DNA of 64,000 bases from Planctomycetota bacterium (GTDB lineage Bacteria; Planctomycetota; UBA1135; UBA2386): NCBI GenBank assembly GCA_947501605.1, contig CANMWZ010000018.1, positions 1 to 64,000 of the forward strand, given 5' to 3'. Shown one piece after another: positions 38,419-47,978 of the stretch (its first letter is position 1; each line of letters opens with the position of its first letter). The notes under the pieces were generated by a model that saw nothing but the letters and a program-made list of their open reading frames with translations, was not told the origin of the DNA and ran no database searches. A program made the position numbers and the translations under genes.

Positions 38419-40179
38419 TCACAGACCGAGGATCCAGCGGACGCCGTTCGACACGCGGTAGCCGAAGGCATTTGCGGTCAGGTCATCGCTGATCGCCTGC
38501 GACATGAGCGTCACGCCGGCGAAGGCGGGGACGTTTGGGATCGGGATCGAGAACGTCGTGGTTGGCGCGCCAAGCGTCAGGTTGAAGTACGACAGCAGCT
38601 CTGGCAGCGCGATGTAGGCCGTGCAGCCAGTGAGGCCGAAGCCATCGAGCGGGAAGCCGCCGGGGAACTCGGTGCTGATCAACAGGATGCAGAAGATGCC
38701 GTTCGGCAGGCTCTGGATGTTGGTCGCATCGAGCGTCATGGTCTGGCCGAGCTGCGGCAGGCCCGTCGGGGTCAGTTCGAGCGGAACCGAGATCAGGCCG
38801 CTGACCAGCTGGCCGCTGACCGCCGAAATGTCGGTGACACCCGGATCCCCCGTGTTGCTGCCGGCGGAGTAGCCGGAGATCCACGTGTGACCTTGGTCGC
38901 TCACCGACTGCCAACGGATGGTGAACAGGCCGCTCGGGTTCAGCGCGATCTGGAAGGTCTCTAGCGGGCCTGCAAAGAACTCGGGGACCTGATTCCAGGT
39001 GATGACGTACTCTCCAGTCGCGACGTCGAAATCGGCGAAGACGCCGCCGCCGGGGCCGGCGCCCGGAGGATAGATGTCCGCCCAGAAGCCCGAAATGCGC
39101 GGTGGCCCGGAGAGCATCGTCAAGACGTCGCCTGAGCAGCAGCCGCTGAACGGATCCGTAGCACCCAGCGTGAGGAAGCCGTTCGACGAGACGTAGATCT
39201 GGGTCTCGACCCCGCCGTTGTATGGGAACGGGAACGGCAACGTGATCTGGATCGTCTCGTCGTCGTTCATCAGGAGGTTGTTGGTGAACCCGGCGTACCA
39301 CGTCGGGGCCACGTTCGGCAGGGCTAGGTAGTCGATAGCCCCCGAGGGCACGAAGCTCAGGTTGAGGCCGCTCAGGTCCGGCTGGTTGCCGAAGGTGTCG
39401 AAGATCTCGTAGAGCGACGGGCCGCTGCGACCAGGGCAGCCGCTACCGACGACCTCCGTCGAAGCGGGGCCGGGGAACGAGTTCGGCGTGCAGGTGAGGT
39501 CCGAGACTACGTAGCCTGGGGACGTCGGCGACCACAGCATCTTGAAGCCGAAGGGGATCGGCAGGCCGGGCGTTGTGCCGACGAAATCGCTGAACGAGTT
39601 CGAGGCGGTGACGACGGGCCGGGTCGCCAGCGAGATGGGATTCGAGACCGCGCCGAAGCCCGGGCTCGCGCCGATCAGGTAGTCCGTGCTGAACGCACCG
39701 ATCTCGAGGGTCGGGCCGTAGGCGATGGTGACGCTGTTGCTGGCGTCGAGTGTGAGCTGGAAGCTGTTCGGCGTCGTGGTTGCGAATGCGAACACGCCAG
39801 CCCAAGAGATTCGGGCGACACCGGGCGTCGAGTTGTCGAAGTAGACGTGGCCGCTGCCGGTGGCACCTGGATTGAGGTCGGTCCAAAAGGCGCAGATGCG
39901 TGGATCACCGGCCAGCAGCTCCGCTTCGGTCGGGGTGTAATCGCCGCCGAACTGAGGGTTGACGCTGCCGAGCCAGATGTACCCATTCGAGCACACCTGA
40001 ATGTCCGTGTAGGTGACGCCGTTGTAGGTGAAGTTGAAGCCGAGCGGCAACGGTGCCGACGTGTCGTCGTCGAAGAGATTCAGGTCGGTGCCGATCGTGA
40101 GATCGAAGCACGGGCCCTGCGCAGGGAGCGTCGCGAAGAGAGTCGTCGCGATCGCGGCAGTCAGAATGCTGCGAAGCAT
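38419..40179 (-). CDS. Secreted double NIDO-like protein with CTD, array gene 2
   Basis: Same architecture as gene 1; RBS AAGGA. Confidence 0.8.
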   Translation of the reverse strand: MLRSILTAAIATTLFATLPAQGPCFDLTIGTDLNLFDDDTSAPLPLGFNFTYNGVTYTDIQVCSNGYIWLGSVNPQFGGDYTPTEAELLAGDPRICAFWTDLNPGATGSGHVYFDNSTPGVARISWAGVFAFATTTPNSFQLTLDASNSVTIAYGPTLEIGAFSTDYLIGASPGFGAVSNPISLATRPVVTASNSFSDFVGTTPGLPIPFGFKMLWSPTSPGYVVSDLTCTPNSFPGPASTEVVGSGCPGRSGPSLYEIFDTFGNQPDLSGLNLSFVPSGAIDYLALPNVAPTWYAGFTNNLLMNDDETIQITLPFPFPYNGGVETQIYVSSNGFLTLGATDPFSGCCSGDVLTMLSGPPRISGFWADIYPPGAGPGGGVFADFDVATGEYVITWNQVPEFFAGPLETFQIALNPSGLFTIRWQSVSDQGHTWISGYSAGSNTGDPGVTDISAVSGQLVSGLISVPLELTPTGLPQLGQTMTLDATNIQSLPNGIFCILLISTEFPGGFPLDGFGLTGCTAYIALPELLSYFNLTLGAPTTTFSIPIPNVPAFAGVTLMSQAISDDLTANAFGYRVSNGVRWILGL

Positions 40180-40304
40180 GGGTTCCTTGAAAGATGGGGG
40201 GCGTTCACCTCTGCGACGTCGGGAGCCGTGCGCAGGTGCAGTCGATCCTAGAGATAATGGCACACTTAGCGATGAGGCCACCGGCGGCAGTGTGTCGCCA
40301 AAAT

Positions 40305-40348
40305 GCAAAACGCCCGGGGCACCGGCGAGCGGGCCACGGGCGTTTTGC
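40305..40348 (-). terminator. Terminator of array gene 3
   Basis: GCAAAACGCCC...GGGCGTTTTGC hairpin. Confidence 0.7.
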
Positions 40349-40395
40349 GGACGGGCGCGCGAGCCGCGTCCGTCACCGTCCTCAGAGCGCTTGGC

Positions 40396-42162
40396 TCAGA
40401 GGCCGAAGTTCCAGCGGAGACCGTTCGACACGCGGTAGCCGAAGGCGTTCGCGGTGAGGTCGTCGCTGACGGCCTGCGACATCAGGCTGACGCCGTAGAA
40501 GGCGTTGTCGTTCGGGATGCTGATCGGCCACGACGTGGTCGCTGCGCCCAGCGTCAAGTTGAAGAACGACGCGATCTCTGGCAGCGCGACGTAGGCCGTG
40601 CAACCTGTGAGGCCGAAGCCGTCGAGCGGGAAGCCGCCCGGGACTTCGGTGCTGATCAGCAGGATGCAGAACACGCCGTTCGGCAGGGTCTGGACGCCGG
40701 TCGCATTGACCGTGAACGTGCCGCCGACTTGCGGGCGCGAGTTCAGGGCCGCCGCGATCGACAGCGGCGTGACCGTCGCCGGGATGTTGTTCGAGTAGTA
40801 GCCCAACGGCTGCGTCAGCACCAAGTAGTCGAGGCCGGTGTTGAACATCACGACTTCGAGGCCAGTCATGTCGATCGGCGACGCGTTGTTCGCGAACGTC
40901 TGGTACATCGTCGTGGCGTTGACGCCGGCGACGCCCGAGATGTCCGTGACACCCGGATCCGCAGCGCCGCCACCGACCGAGAAGCCGGTGAGCGCCACGC
41001 GCGTGGCGCTGACGATGCCGACGTTCAGGAAGCGCATCGTGACGGTGCCCGTCGGCGACAGCGCGATCTGGAAGTTGTTCGCCGGCTGCGGGGTGGCGCC
41101 GAACTCACCAGCGGAGACCCAGTTGATCACGTACTCGCCCGTGATCGCATCGACGTAGGCGTTGACTTCGCCGTTGCCGGTCGCCGACAGGTTGAGGTCC
41201 TGCCAGAAGGCCGCGAGGCGCGTCGGGCCCGTAAGCAGCGTGGCGGGGCTACCGGCGCAGCAGCCAGAGCCTGGGTTGGTCGTGCCGAGGGTCAGGAAGC
41301 CGTTCGACGAGACGACGATGTTGTTGAACGTGCCCGTCGGTGCCGGGAACGCGAACGGCAGGGTGAGTGCATGCGTGGTGTCGTCACCGGCGTTGAGGGC
41401 CGGGCTCACAAGGGCTGGGCAACCGACGCCGACGACTGCCGAGCTGGCCGGGGGCGGCAGCTGGTTCGGCGTGCAGGTGACATCCGAGATCACGAAGCCG
41501 GGGTTGGTCGGGGTCCACAGCATCTTGAAGTTGCCGTAGGGGATCGGGACGCCGTTCACTGCCGGAATCGCTTCCGAGAACGTGTTCGACGTCGAGATGA
41601 TCGGGCGCGTGGCGAACGAGACCGGGTTGGCCACCGAGGCAGCACCGGGGCTGGCGCCGATGAGGACGGTCGTGTTCAGCGTGCCGGGAACGGCCGCGGC
41701 GCCGTAGGTGACCGTGACGCTGTTGCTGGCATCGAAGCTGACCTGGAAGTTGATGCCAGTCGTCGTGCCGAAGGCGAACACACCGGCCCAAGTGACCGTG
41801 GCGACGCCCGGCGTCGAGTTGTCGAACCAGACTTTGCCGCTGCCGACCGCGCCCGGGTTGAAGTCGCTCCAGAGCGGGCAGATGCGCGGCGCACCGGCGA
41901 GCAGTTCGGCCTCGGTCGGCGAGAAGTCACCGCCGGCGATGCCGGTCGTGCCGAGCCAGATGTAGCCGTTCGAGCACACGCTTACCTGCGTGTAGGCGAC
42001 ACCGTTGTAGGTGAACGTGAAGCCGAGGTTCTGGGCCGCCGACGTGGAGTCGTCGATCAGCGCGAGATCGGTGCCGAGAGGGAGGCTGAAGCACGGGGCC
42101 TGGGCGCCGAGTGAGGCGGCGAGGGCCGTTGCAACGGCGGTCGTGAACAAACTACGAATCAT
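40396..42162 (-). CDS. Secreted double NIDO-like protein with CTD, array gene 3 (internally permuted)
   Basis: Same architecture, but a ~45-aa module is relocated after the second NIDO-like core. Confidence 0.8.
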   Translation of the reverse strand: MIRSLFTTAVATALAASLGAQAPCFSLPLGTDLALIDDSTSAAQNLGFTFTYNGVAYTQVSVCSNGYIWLGTTGIAGGDFSPTEAELLAGAPRICPLWSDFNPGAVGSGKVWFDNSTPGVATVTWAGVFAFGTTTGINFQVSFDASNSVTVTYGAAAVPGTLNTTVLIGASPGAASVANPVSFATRPIISTSNTFSEAIPAVNGVPIPYGNFKMLWTPTNPGFVISDVTCTPNQLPPPASSAVVGVGCPALVSPALNAGDDTTHALTLPFAFPAPTGTFNNIVVSSNGFLTLGTTNPGSGCCAGSPATLLTGPTRLAAFWQDLNLSATGNGEVNAYVDAITGEYVINWVSAGEFGATPQPANNFQIALSPTGTVTMRFLNVGIVSATRVALTGFSVGGGAADPGVTDISGVAGVNATTMYQTFANNASPIDMTGLEVVMFNTGLDYLVLTQPLGYYSNNIPATVTPLSIAAALNSRPQVGGTFTVNATGVQTLPNGVFCILLISTEVPGGFPLDGFGLTGCTAYVALPEIASFFNLTLGAATTSWPISIPNDNAFYGVSLMSQAVSDDLTANAFGYRVSNGLRWNFGL

Positions 42163-42305
42163 GGTTTCCTCGATGTACAGGGGGCTGCATTGGCCGGAAA
42201 CGGTGCATAGGGCTCCGGTTCTGGGGGCTTTGCTTGGATGAAGCCTACGCGCGAGAGGTTCCCTCACAATGGCCCGATGTAACTGCGGAGTCTCCCCGAA
42301 ATGCG

Positions 42306-42344
42306 GAACGCCGGTAGTGCTGGCGACCAGCACTACCGGCGTTC
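42306..42344 (-). terminator. Terminator of array gene 4
   Basis: Perfect 18-bp stem GAACGCCGGTAGTGCTGG-cga-CCAGCACTACCGGCGTTC. Confidence 0.75.
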
Positions 42345-42382
42345 AGGACGCAGGGCGCAGCAGGCGCGCCCGATCTGGCCGA

Positions 42383-44137
42383 TCAGAGGCCGCCGATGTT
42401 CCAGCGGAGGCCGTTCGACACGCGGTAGCCAAAGGCGTTGGCCGTCAGGTCGTCACTGATCGCCTGGGTCATGAGCGACAGGCCCAGGAACGCATTGTCG
42501 TTCGGGATGCCGATCGTGAAGGTCGTGCTCGGGGCGCCGATCGTCAGGTTGAAGAACGACGCGATCTCTGGCAGCGCGACGTAGGCCGTGCAGCCCGTGA
42601 GACCAAAGCCGTCGAGCGGGACGCCGCCCGGGATCTCGGTGCTGATCAGGAGGATGCAGAACACGCCGTTCGGCAGGCTCTGGATACCGCTGGCGGTGGA
42701 GCTGAAGGACAGACCGATGGTCGGGCGGGTGCCCGAGGCAAAGCCGAGCGACAGCGGAATGGTGCGGCAACCGAGGTTGACGCCATTGAGTGCCGACACG
42801 TCACTGCTGCCGGGGTTCGTCGCACCGCCACCGCTGCTGTAGCCAGTGAGTTGGGTGCCGCCGGCGAATGCCAAGGCGACCCAGCGGATCGTGAACTGGC
42901 CCGACGGGCTCAGGGCGATCTGGAAGGTCTCGGTGTTGGTTTGGCCGAACTCGCGGACCGCGTTCCATGTGATGCAGAACTCACCCGTCACGGTGTCGAG
43001 GTCGGCAAAGACCGCACCGCCAGCGGCGGGGTTCAGGTCTTCCCACATGCCAGCGATGCGCGGCGAGCCGGCGAGCAGCGCCACGGGGTCACCCGCGCAG
43101 CAGCCCGAGCCCGGATCCGTGCCATCCAGCGTGATGAAGCCGTTCGACGAGACCCAGACGTTACTGACCGTGCCGCCGCCGTGCGGGAAGGCGAAGGGCA
43201 GCGCGACATTGCTCGTGCTGTCGTCGGTGAGCAACAGGTTGTTGGCGGCGCCAGTGAAGAACGTCGGCGAGATGCCGGGGACCACGAAGTAGCCGCCGCA
43301 GCCGTTCGGGACGAACGACTTGTCGAGGCCGGCGAGGTCGATCGAGGCCGGGACCGTGAACGTCTCGTAGACCGAGACGCTGGTCGCGGTCGGGCAACCG
43401 GTGCCGACGACCGCTGCGCTACCAGGAAGCGGCAGCGGGATCGCCGTGCACGCGACGTCGGTGATCACGAAGCCCGGGGACGTCGGGGTCCACTGCATCT
43501 TCGTGTTGGCGTACGGCGCCACGGTGCCCGTGGGATTGAGGATGACCTGATAGGTCGTGTCCGAAGCGCTGATGATCGGACGCGGCGTCAGCACGATGTT
43601 GTTGGCAACCGCGCCGCCACCCGTCGTGGCACCGATGATCGTCGTGCCGCCCTGGGCCGTCGACGACGGGCCGAGCTGACCGATCGTGACCGTCACGCTA
43701 TTGGTGAGGTCCAACGTGATCTGCATGTCGGTCTTGATCGTCGTGCCGAACGTGTAGACGCCGGCCCACGTGACGCGGGCGAAACCCGGGGTCGAGTTGT
43801 CGAAGTAGACGTGGCCGCTACCGACGATAGTGGGGTTGAAGTCCATCCACGCGCCGCAGATGCGCGGGCCCTGCGCCAGCAGTTCGGCTTCGGTCGGGTT
43901 CCAATCGGCAACGGCATTGGCCGCGCCAAGCCACACGTAGCCGTTCGAGCAGACGCGGACTTGCGTGTAGGCAACGCCGCCGTAGGTGAACGTGAAGCCG
44001 AGATTCAGAGCTGAAGACGTGGTGTCGTCACCCAGGTTGAGATCGGTGCCGGCCGGCAAGTCGAAGCACGGGGCCTGGGACGTGAGACCAGCAGCAAAGG
44101 TTGCTGCAACAAACGTAGTGAGCAAGGTACGGAGCAT
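42383..44137 (-). CDS. Secreted double NIDO-like protein with CTD, array gene 4
   Basis: Same architecture; leader TACATCGAGGAA shared with gene 3. Confidence 0.8.
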   Translation of the reverse strand: MLRTLLTTFVAATFAAGLTSQAPCFDLPAGTDLNLGDDTTSSALNLGFTFTYGGVAYTQVRVCSNGYVWLGAANAVADWNPTEAELLAQGPRICGAWMDFNPTIVGSGHVYFDNSTPGFARVTWAGVYTFGTTIKTDMQITLDLTNSVTVTIGQLGPSSTAQGGTTIIGATTGGGAVANNIVLTPRPIISASDTTYQVILNPTGTVAPYANTKMQWTPTSPGFVITDVACTAIPLPLPGSAAVVGTGCPTATSVSVYETFTVPASIDLAGLDKSFVPNGCGGYFVVPGISPTFFTGAANNLLLTDDSTSNVALPFAFPHGGGTVSNVWVSSNGFITLDGTDPGSGCCAGDPVALLAGSPRIAGMWEDLNPAAGGAVFADLDTVTGEFCITWNAVREFGQTNTETFQIALSPSGQFTIRWVALAFAGGTQLTGYSSGGGATNPGSSDVSALNGVNLGCRTIPLSLGFASGTRPTIGLSFSSTASGIQSLPNGVFCILLISTEIPGGVPLDGFGLTGCTAYVALPEIASFFNLTIGAPSTTFTIGIPNDNAFLGLSLMTQAISDDLTANAFGYRVSNGLRWNIGGL

Positions 44138-44357
44138 GGGTTCCTCGATGTACGGGGGGTAGGCACGCGAGGCGCGCACTCCGCCATGAGCCGGAGTGCG
44201 GGACTGCGAGCGCCGGAGGATACCAGCGGATCGCTGTCTCGCTAGTGGGGCCTCCCCATCCCCAGCCGAGGCAGAGGTTGCCCGCGAGGGACGCGGACTT
44301 GCGGCGCTACGGACCTGCTGCGAACTTCGTAGGGCTCAGATGCGCCGTAGCGAACCG

Positions 44358-46112
44358 TCAGAGGCCGAGGTTCCAGCGCAGGCCGTTGGAGACGCGGAAA
44401 CCAAAAGCGTTGGCGCCGAGATCGTCACTCACCGCCTGTGACACCAGGGACACGCCGGCGAAGGCTGGGTTGGACGGGATCGCAATCGAGTAGGCAGTCG
44501 TTGGCGCGCCAAGCGTCAGGTTGAAGTAGGACAGCAACTCCGGGAGGGCGACGTAGGCGGTGCAGCCGGTGAGGCCGAGCCCGTCGAGCGGGACACCGAC
44601 CGGAACCTCGAGGCTGATCAAGAGGATGCAGAAGACGCCGTCTGGCAGCGGCTGGATGCCGCCAGCGTTGACGGTGAAGGTCGTGCCGATCGAGGGGCGC
44701 GAGTTGGCGGCAGCCGCGATCGTCAGCGGCGCCCGGACCGTGGCACTGATGGTGCGGCCATTGACGGCAGTCAGGTCCGTCGAGCCGGTGTCGGGAGTGC
44801 CGGTGCCGCGCGAGTAGCCAGCGAGGTAGCTGCCGCTCGTGCGCGCCACGTTTTGCCAGCGCGTTGTCATCATGCCGCTTGGGCTGAACGCGATTTGGAA
44901 GGTGTTGGGGCTGCTCGTGCCGTACTCGACCACCGCGTTCCAGGTGACCACAAAGTCACCGGACGTGGCGTCGAAGTCGGCGTAGACCGCGCCGCCGGCG
45001 GCGGGGTTCAGGTCTTCCCACCAGCCGCACAAGCGTGGCGAGCCCGCGAGCATCGTGGCGACGTTCGGCGTGCAGCAGCCACTGCCGGGACTGGCGCCGC
45101 CAATCGTCAAGAAGCCGTTCGATGACACGTAAATCGTCGACTCGCTGGAGCCGTTGAACGGCAGCGGGAAGGGCAGCGTGATCGGCACGGCCGCGTCGTC
45201 ACCAAGGAACAGGTTGTTGCTGAAGCCCGCGAACCACGTCGGTGAGATGTTGGGGATCGCGATGTAGTCCGTGGCGCCGGCCGGCAGCAAGCTGAGGTTG
45301 AAGCCATTCAGGTCCGCGGCGTTCGTTGGCGTGAACAGCTCGTAGAGCGAAGGGCCGCTGCGGCCAGGGCAGCCGTCACCGAGGATCTGCGAGCTCGCCG
45401 GCACCGGCAACGAGTTCTGTGTGCAACTGACATCAGTGATGACGAAGCCCGGGCTGGTCGGCGTCCACAACAGCTTGACGTTGCCGTAGGGGATCGGAAC
45501 GCCGCTCACCACCGCGAGGGCTTCATGGAACGTGTCCGAGGTCGAGATCATCGGTCGCGTGGCCAGCGAGACCGGGTTCGAGAGCGCGGCGGCACCAGGA
45601 CTGGCGCCGATGACGATCGTCGTGTTCAGCGTGCCGGGGACGGCCGGGGCGCCATACGCGATCTGGATACTGTTGGTCTGATCGAACGTGACCTGGAAGC
45701 TCGCTGGCGTTGTGGAGCCGAACGGATAGACCCCAGCCCACGTCACGCGGGCGCTGCCTGGCGTGGCGTTGTCGAAGTAAATGTGGCCGCTGCCGGGCGC
45801 ACTGGGATCAAAGTCGCTCCACATCGGGCAGATGCGCGGCGCGCCGGCGAGCAGCTCGGCGGCAGTCGGCGAGAAGTCACCGCCGGCGATGCCGGTCGTG
45901 CCGAGCCAGATGTAGCCGTTCGAGCAGACACTGATCTGCGTGTAGACGACGCCGTTGTAGGTGAACGGGAAGCCGAGACTCAGAGCGGGCGACGTCATGT
46001 CGTCGGTCAGAGCGAGGTCGGTGCCGAGCGCGAGATCGAAGCACGGGCTCTGGGCTGCGAGCGCGGCGGCGACGCCCATGGCGAGCACAGAAGCGGCGAT
46101 TTGACGGATCAT
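44358..46112 (-). CDS. Secreted double NIDO-like protein with CTD, array gene 5
   Basis: Start MIRQIAAS by alignment with the paralogs; the upstream part of the 1198-aa ORF is spurious. Confidence 0.8.
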   Translation of the reverse strand: MIRQIAASVLAMGVAAALAAQSPCFDLALGTDLALTDDMTSPALSLGFPFTYNGVVYTQISVCSNGYIWLGTTGIAGGDFSPTAAELLAGAPRICPMWSDFDPSAPGSGHIYFDNATPGSARVTWAGVYPFGSTTPASFQVTFDQTNSIQIAYGAPAVPGTLNTTIVIGASPGAAALSNPVSLATRPMISTSDTFHEALAVVSGVPIPYGNVKLLWTPTSPGFVITDVSCTQNSLPVPASSQILGDGCPGRSGPSLYELFTPTNAADLNGFNLSLLPAGATDYIAIPNISPTWFAGFSNNLFLGDDAAVPITLPFPLPFNGSSESTIYVSSNGFLTIGGASPGSGCCTPNVATMLAGSPRLCGWWEDLNPAAGGAVYADFDATSGDFVVTWNAVVEYGTSSPNTFQIAFSPSGMMTTRWQNVARTSGSYLAGYSRGTGTPDTGSTDLTAVNGRTISATVRAPLTIAAAANSRPSIGTTFTVNAGGIQPLPDGVFCILLISLEVPVGVPLDGLGLTGCTAYVALPELLSYFNLTLGAPTTAYSIAIPSNPAFAGVSLVSQAVSDDLGANAFGFRVSNGLRWNLGL

Positions 46113-46252
46113 TGGATAGGTGGGTTCGTGGTCACGCCTGCCCGCTGCCGGATGCAGGTCGGAAATGGCGACGAAGCGACTCGCCAATGGAAGGCTACTC
46201 TGGGGCGCACCGGCGGGCGGGCGCGGGCTCCGCGCCGGTTCCTTCGTGGGAC

Positions 46253-47869
46253 TCAGTAGCGGACGCTGGCGCGCGCGTGCGGCCCAACAGCGCCCGTGAC
46301 GTCGGCTGTTCCCCATGGGCGGGCGACGATCAGGTCGATGCCGAGGATCACCGAAACCAGGATCAGGGTCCTTGCGCGCGACCAGTTGGGAATCGTGGGA
46401 ACGAGCGGTGCGAGCGCCGCAGACCAGAGCAAGGCAAGTGCTGGAATGCACAGCGCGCCAAGTCGCGCATAGCCGAAGAACACGGTTGCGACCGCGAGTT
46501 TCGTCAGCAGCCAGAGCGCGAGAGCGGCCGCCGCTGGTTCGCGACGCAGGCGCCATGCGCCCGAAACCGCAAGCAGCAGCAACGAAGTGCGCCAGGCGAC
46601 TGCGAACCAGTTGTCGGCGACGACGAGGTCCACAGGCTCGCGCGTGCCGCTGCGGCCGAGCGGCAGATTGGCGAGACCCAGGCCCGCGGTGGCGCCGCGC
46701 CACGCCTGCGCGATTTTGCGCGTGACGAGATCCAATGCGCCACCGGGGTGCCCGACGACCCAGTCGAGCCCGAGCCGGTAGCCGTCGTTCACGGCCCGCA
46801 AATGTGGTGGGTACGAGAGTTCGAGTTCTCGCGGCAGCACGTTCAGCAATCCCGCTGGATAGCGATCGAGTCCACCAGTGAGCGGCGGTCGGCGATCGAG
46901 TGGTCCGCGCGTGAAGCCGCCGTCGCTCTCGCTGCAGTTGGCGAGGAAGAAGTTGAGCGGGCCGTACAGCGCGATCAGCGGCGTGTGCAACGGCGCGGGC
47001 ATGTAGCCGTAGGCCTCGGTGACGATGCGCAGGTCGCCTGGCGTCACGCGCGCGCCAGCACGGACCCGGACGGTGTCGCCGACGAACGCCGCGGTCGAGA
47101 GTTGCGCAAATGGCGGTAGCGCGCGAACTGCTGCAAGGGCCTCGTCCGCCCAAGGCAACGAACCGGGCAACGGCAGCCTCGGCGCGCTGCTGCCGATCTT
47201 GCCGCTGTTGAAGTCGGCGATCGTGCGATGCACATGCAGTTGCCAGGGCAGCAAGACGAGCACGAAGGTCGCGATCGCCACGCCGAGGTCGCGAGCGCGC
47301 GAGTTCTGCTTTTGCCACAGCAGCCATGCGATGCTGGCGACGAAGCAGAGCAGATGGTCGGCGCGGAACAGGCATGCGACTGCGTGCAGCATGGCCCAGC
47401 GCACGGCCGCCGCTGGCGCCGCCCCGGTGCGCAACCGGTCGAAGTCGGCGAGCGTCAGGACGAACAAGAGCAGATACGGGATCTCGCCGTGCACGCCGTT
47501 GCCGAGGACGATCAAGGCGTTGCTGAGGGCGCAGATCCAACCCGCGGCGAGTGCAATCGGTGCCGCGAAGGTGCGTCGCAAAGCGAGGTAGAGCAGTGGC
47601 GCGACCAGCGCTCCGAGGGCGACCATCAAAGCGCGTGGCAACAGCGCATCCACGCCGCCGTCCCACGTTGCGCGCGCGAGCCAGCCCATCGCCGGTGGGC
47701 GAAACGGGAGCGCTGCTTCGAGGCCCGCGGTGCCGTTCGCGAACTGTTGCCAGTATGGCGCGTCCCCCTGGTACGAGGCTTCGAACGGCGCGCTCCGCTG
47801 CGGTGACGCAAGCCAGTGCACTGCACGCACAGTCAGGCTGGCGGAGAACAACGCAACGGCGTGACGCAT
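46253..47869 (-). CDS. GT-C (ArnT/PMT, family 39-like) membrane glycosyltransferase
   Basis: Multi-TM; GDAPYW, PFRPP, HGEIPYL, PW, GPLNFFLAN, FFGYARL. Confidence 0.7.
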   Translation of the reverse strand: MRHAVALFSASLTVRAVHWLASPQRSAPFEASYQGDAPYWQQFANGTAGLEAALPFRPPAMGWLARATWDGGVDALLPRALMVALGALVAPLLYLALRRTFAAPIALAAGWICALSNALIVLGNGVHGEIPYLLLFVLTLADFDRLRTGAAPAAAVRWAMLHAVACLFRADHLLCFVASIAWLLWQKQNSRARDLGVAIATFVLVLLPWQLHVHRTIADFNSGKIGSSAPRLPLPGSLPWADEALAAVRALPPFAQLSTAAFVGDTVRVRAGARVTPGDLRIVTEAYGYMPAPLHTPLIALYGPLNFFLANCSESDGGFTRGPLDRRPPLTGGLDRYPAGLLNVLPRELELSYPPHLRAVNDGYRLGLDWVVGHPGGALDLVTRKIAQAWRGATAGLGLANLPLGRSGTREPVDLVVADNWFAVAWRTSLLLLAVSGAWRLRREPAAAALALWLLTKLAVATVFFGYARLGALCIPALALLWSAALAPLVPTIPNWSRARTLILVSVILGIDLIVARPWGTADVTGAVGPHARASVRY

Positions 47870-47978
47870 GCAGTGGGGGTGCGGTCTTGAAACGAACCGG
47901 GGCGCGGTTGTACCGCGCCCCGGTCGTCGCGTCAGCGGTGCGCGCAGCAGCCACTTGGCCGCTGCACCGCGCGCTGCA

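Noticed and set aside
36479..46112. Diversity-generating retroelement or shufflon
   Set aside because: No reverse transcriptase, no adenine-specific TR/VR pattern, no adjacent invertase or inverted cassettes; all five genes are complete and co-oriented
46113..47954. 1198-aa ORF fusing array gene 5 to an upstream region
   Set aside because: The upstream part is an Arg/Ala-rich alternative frame over the GT-C gene; paralog alignment puts the start at 46112
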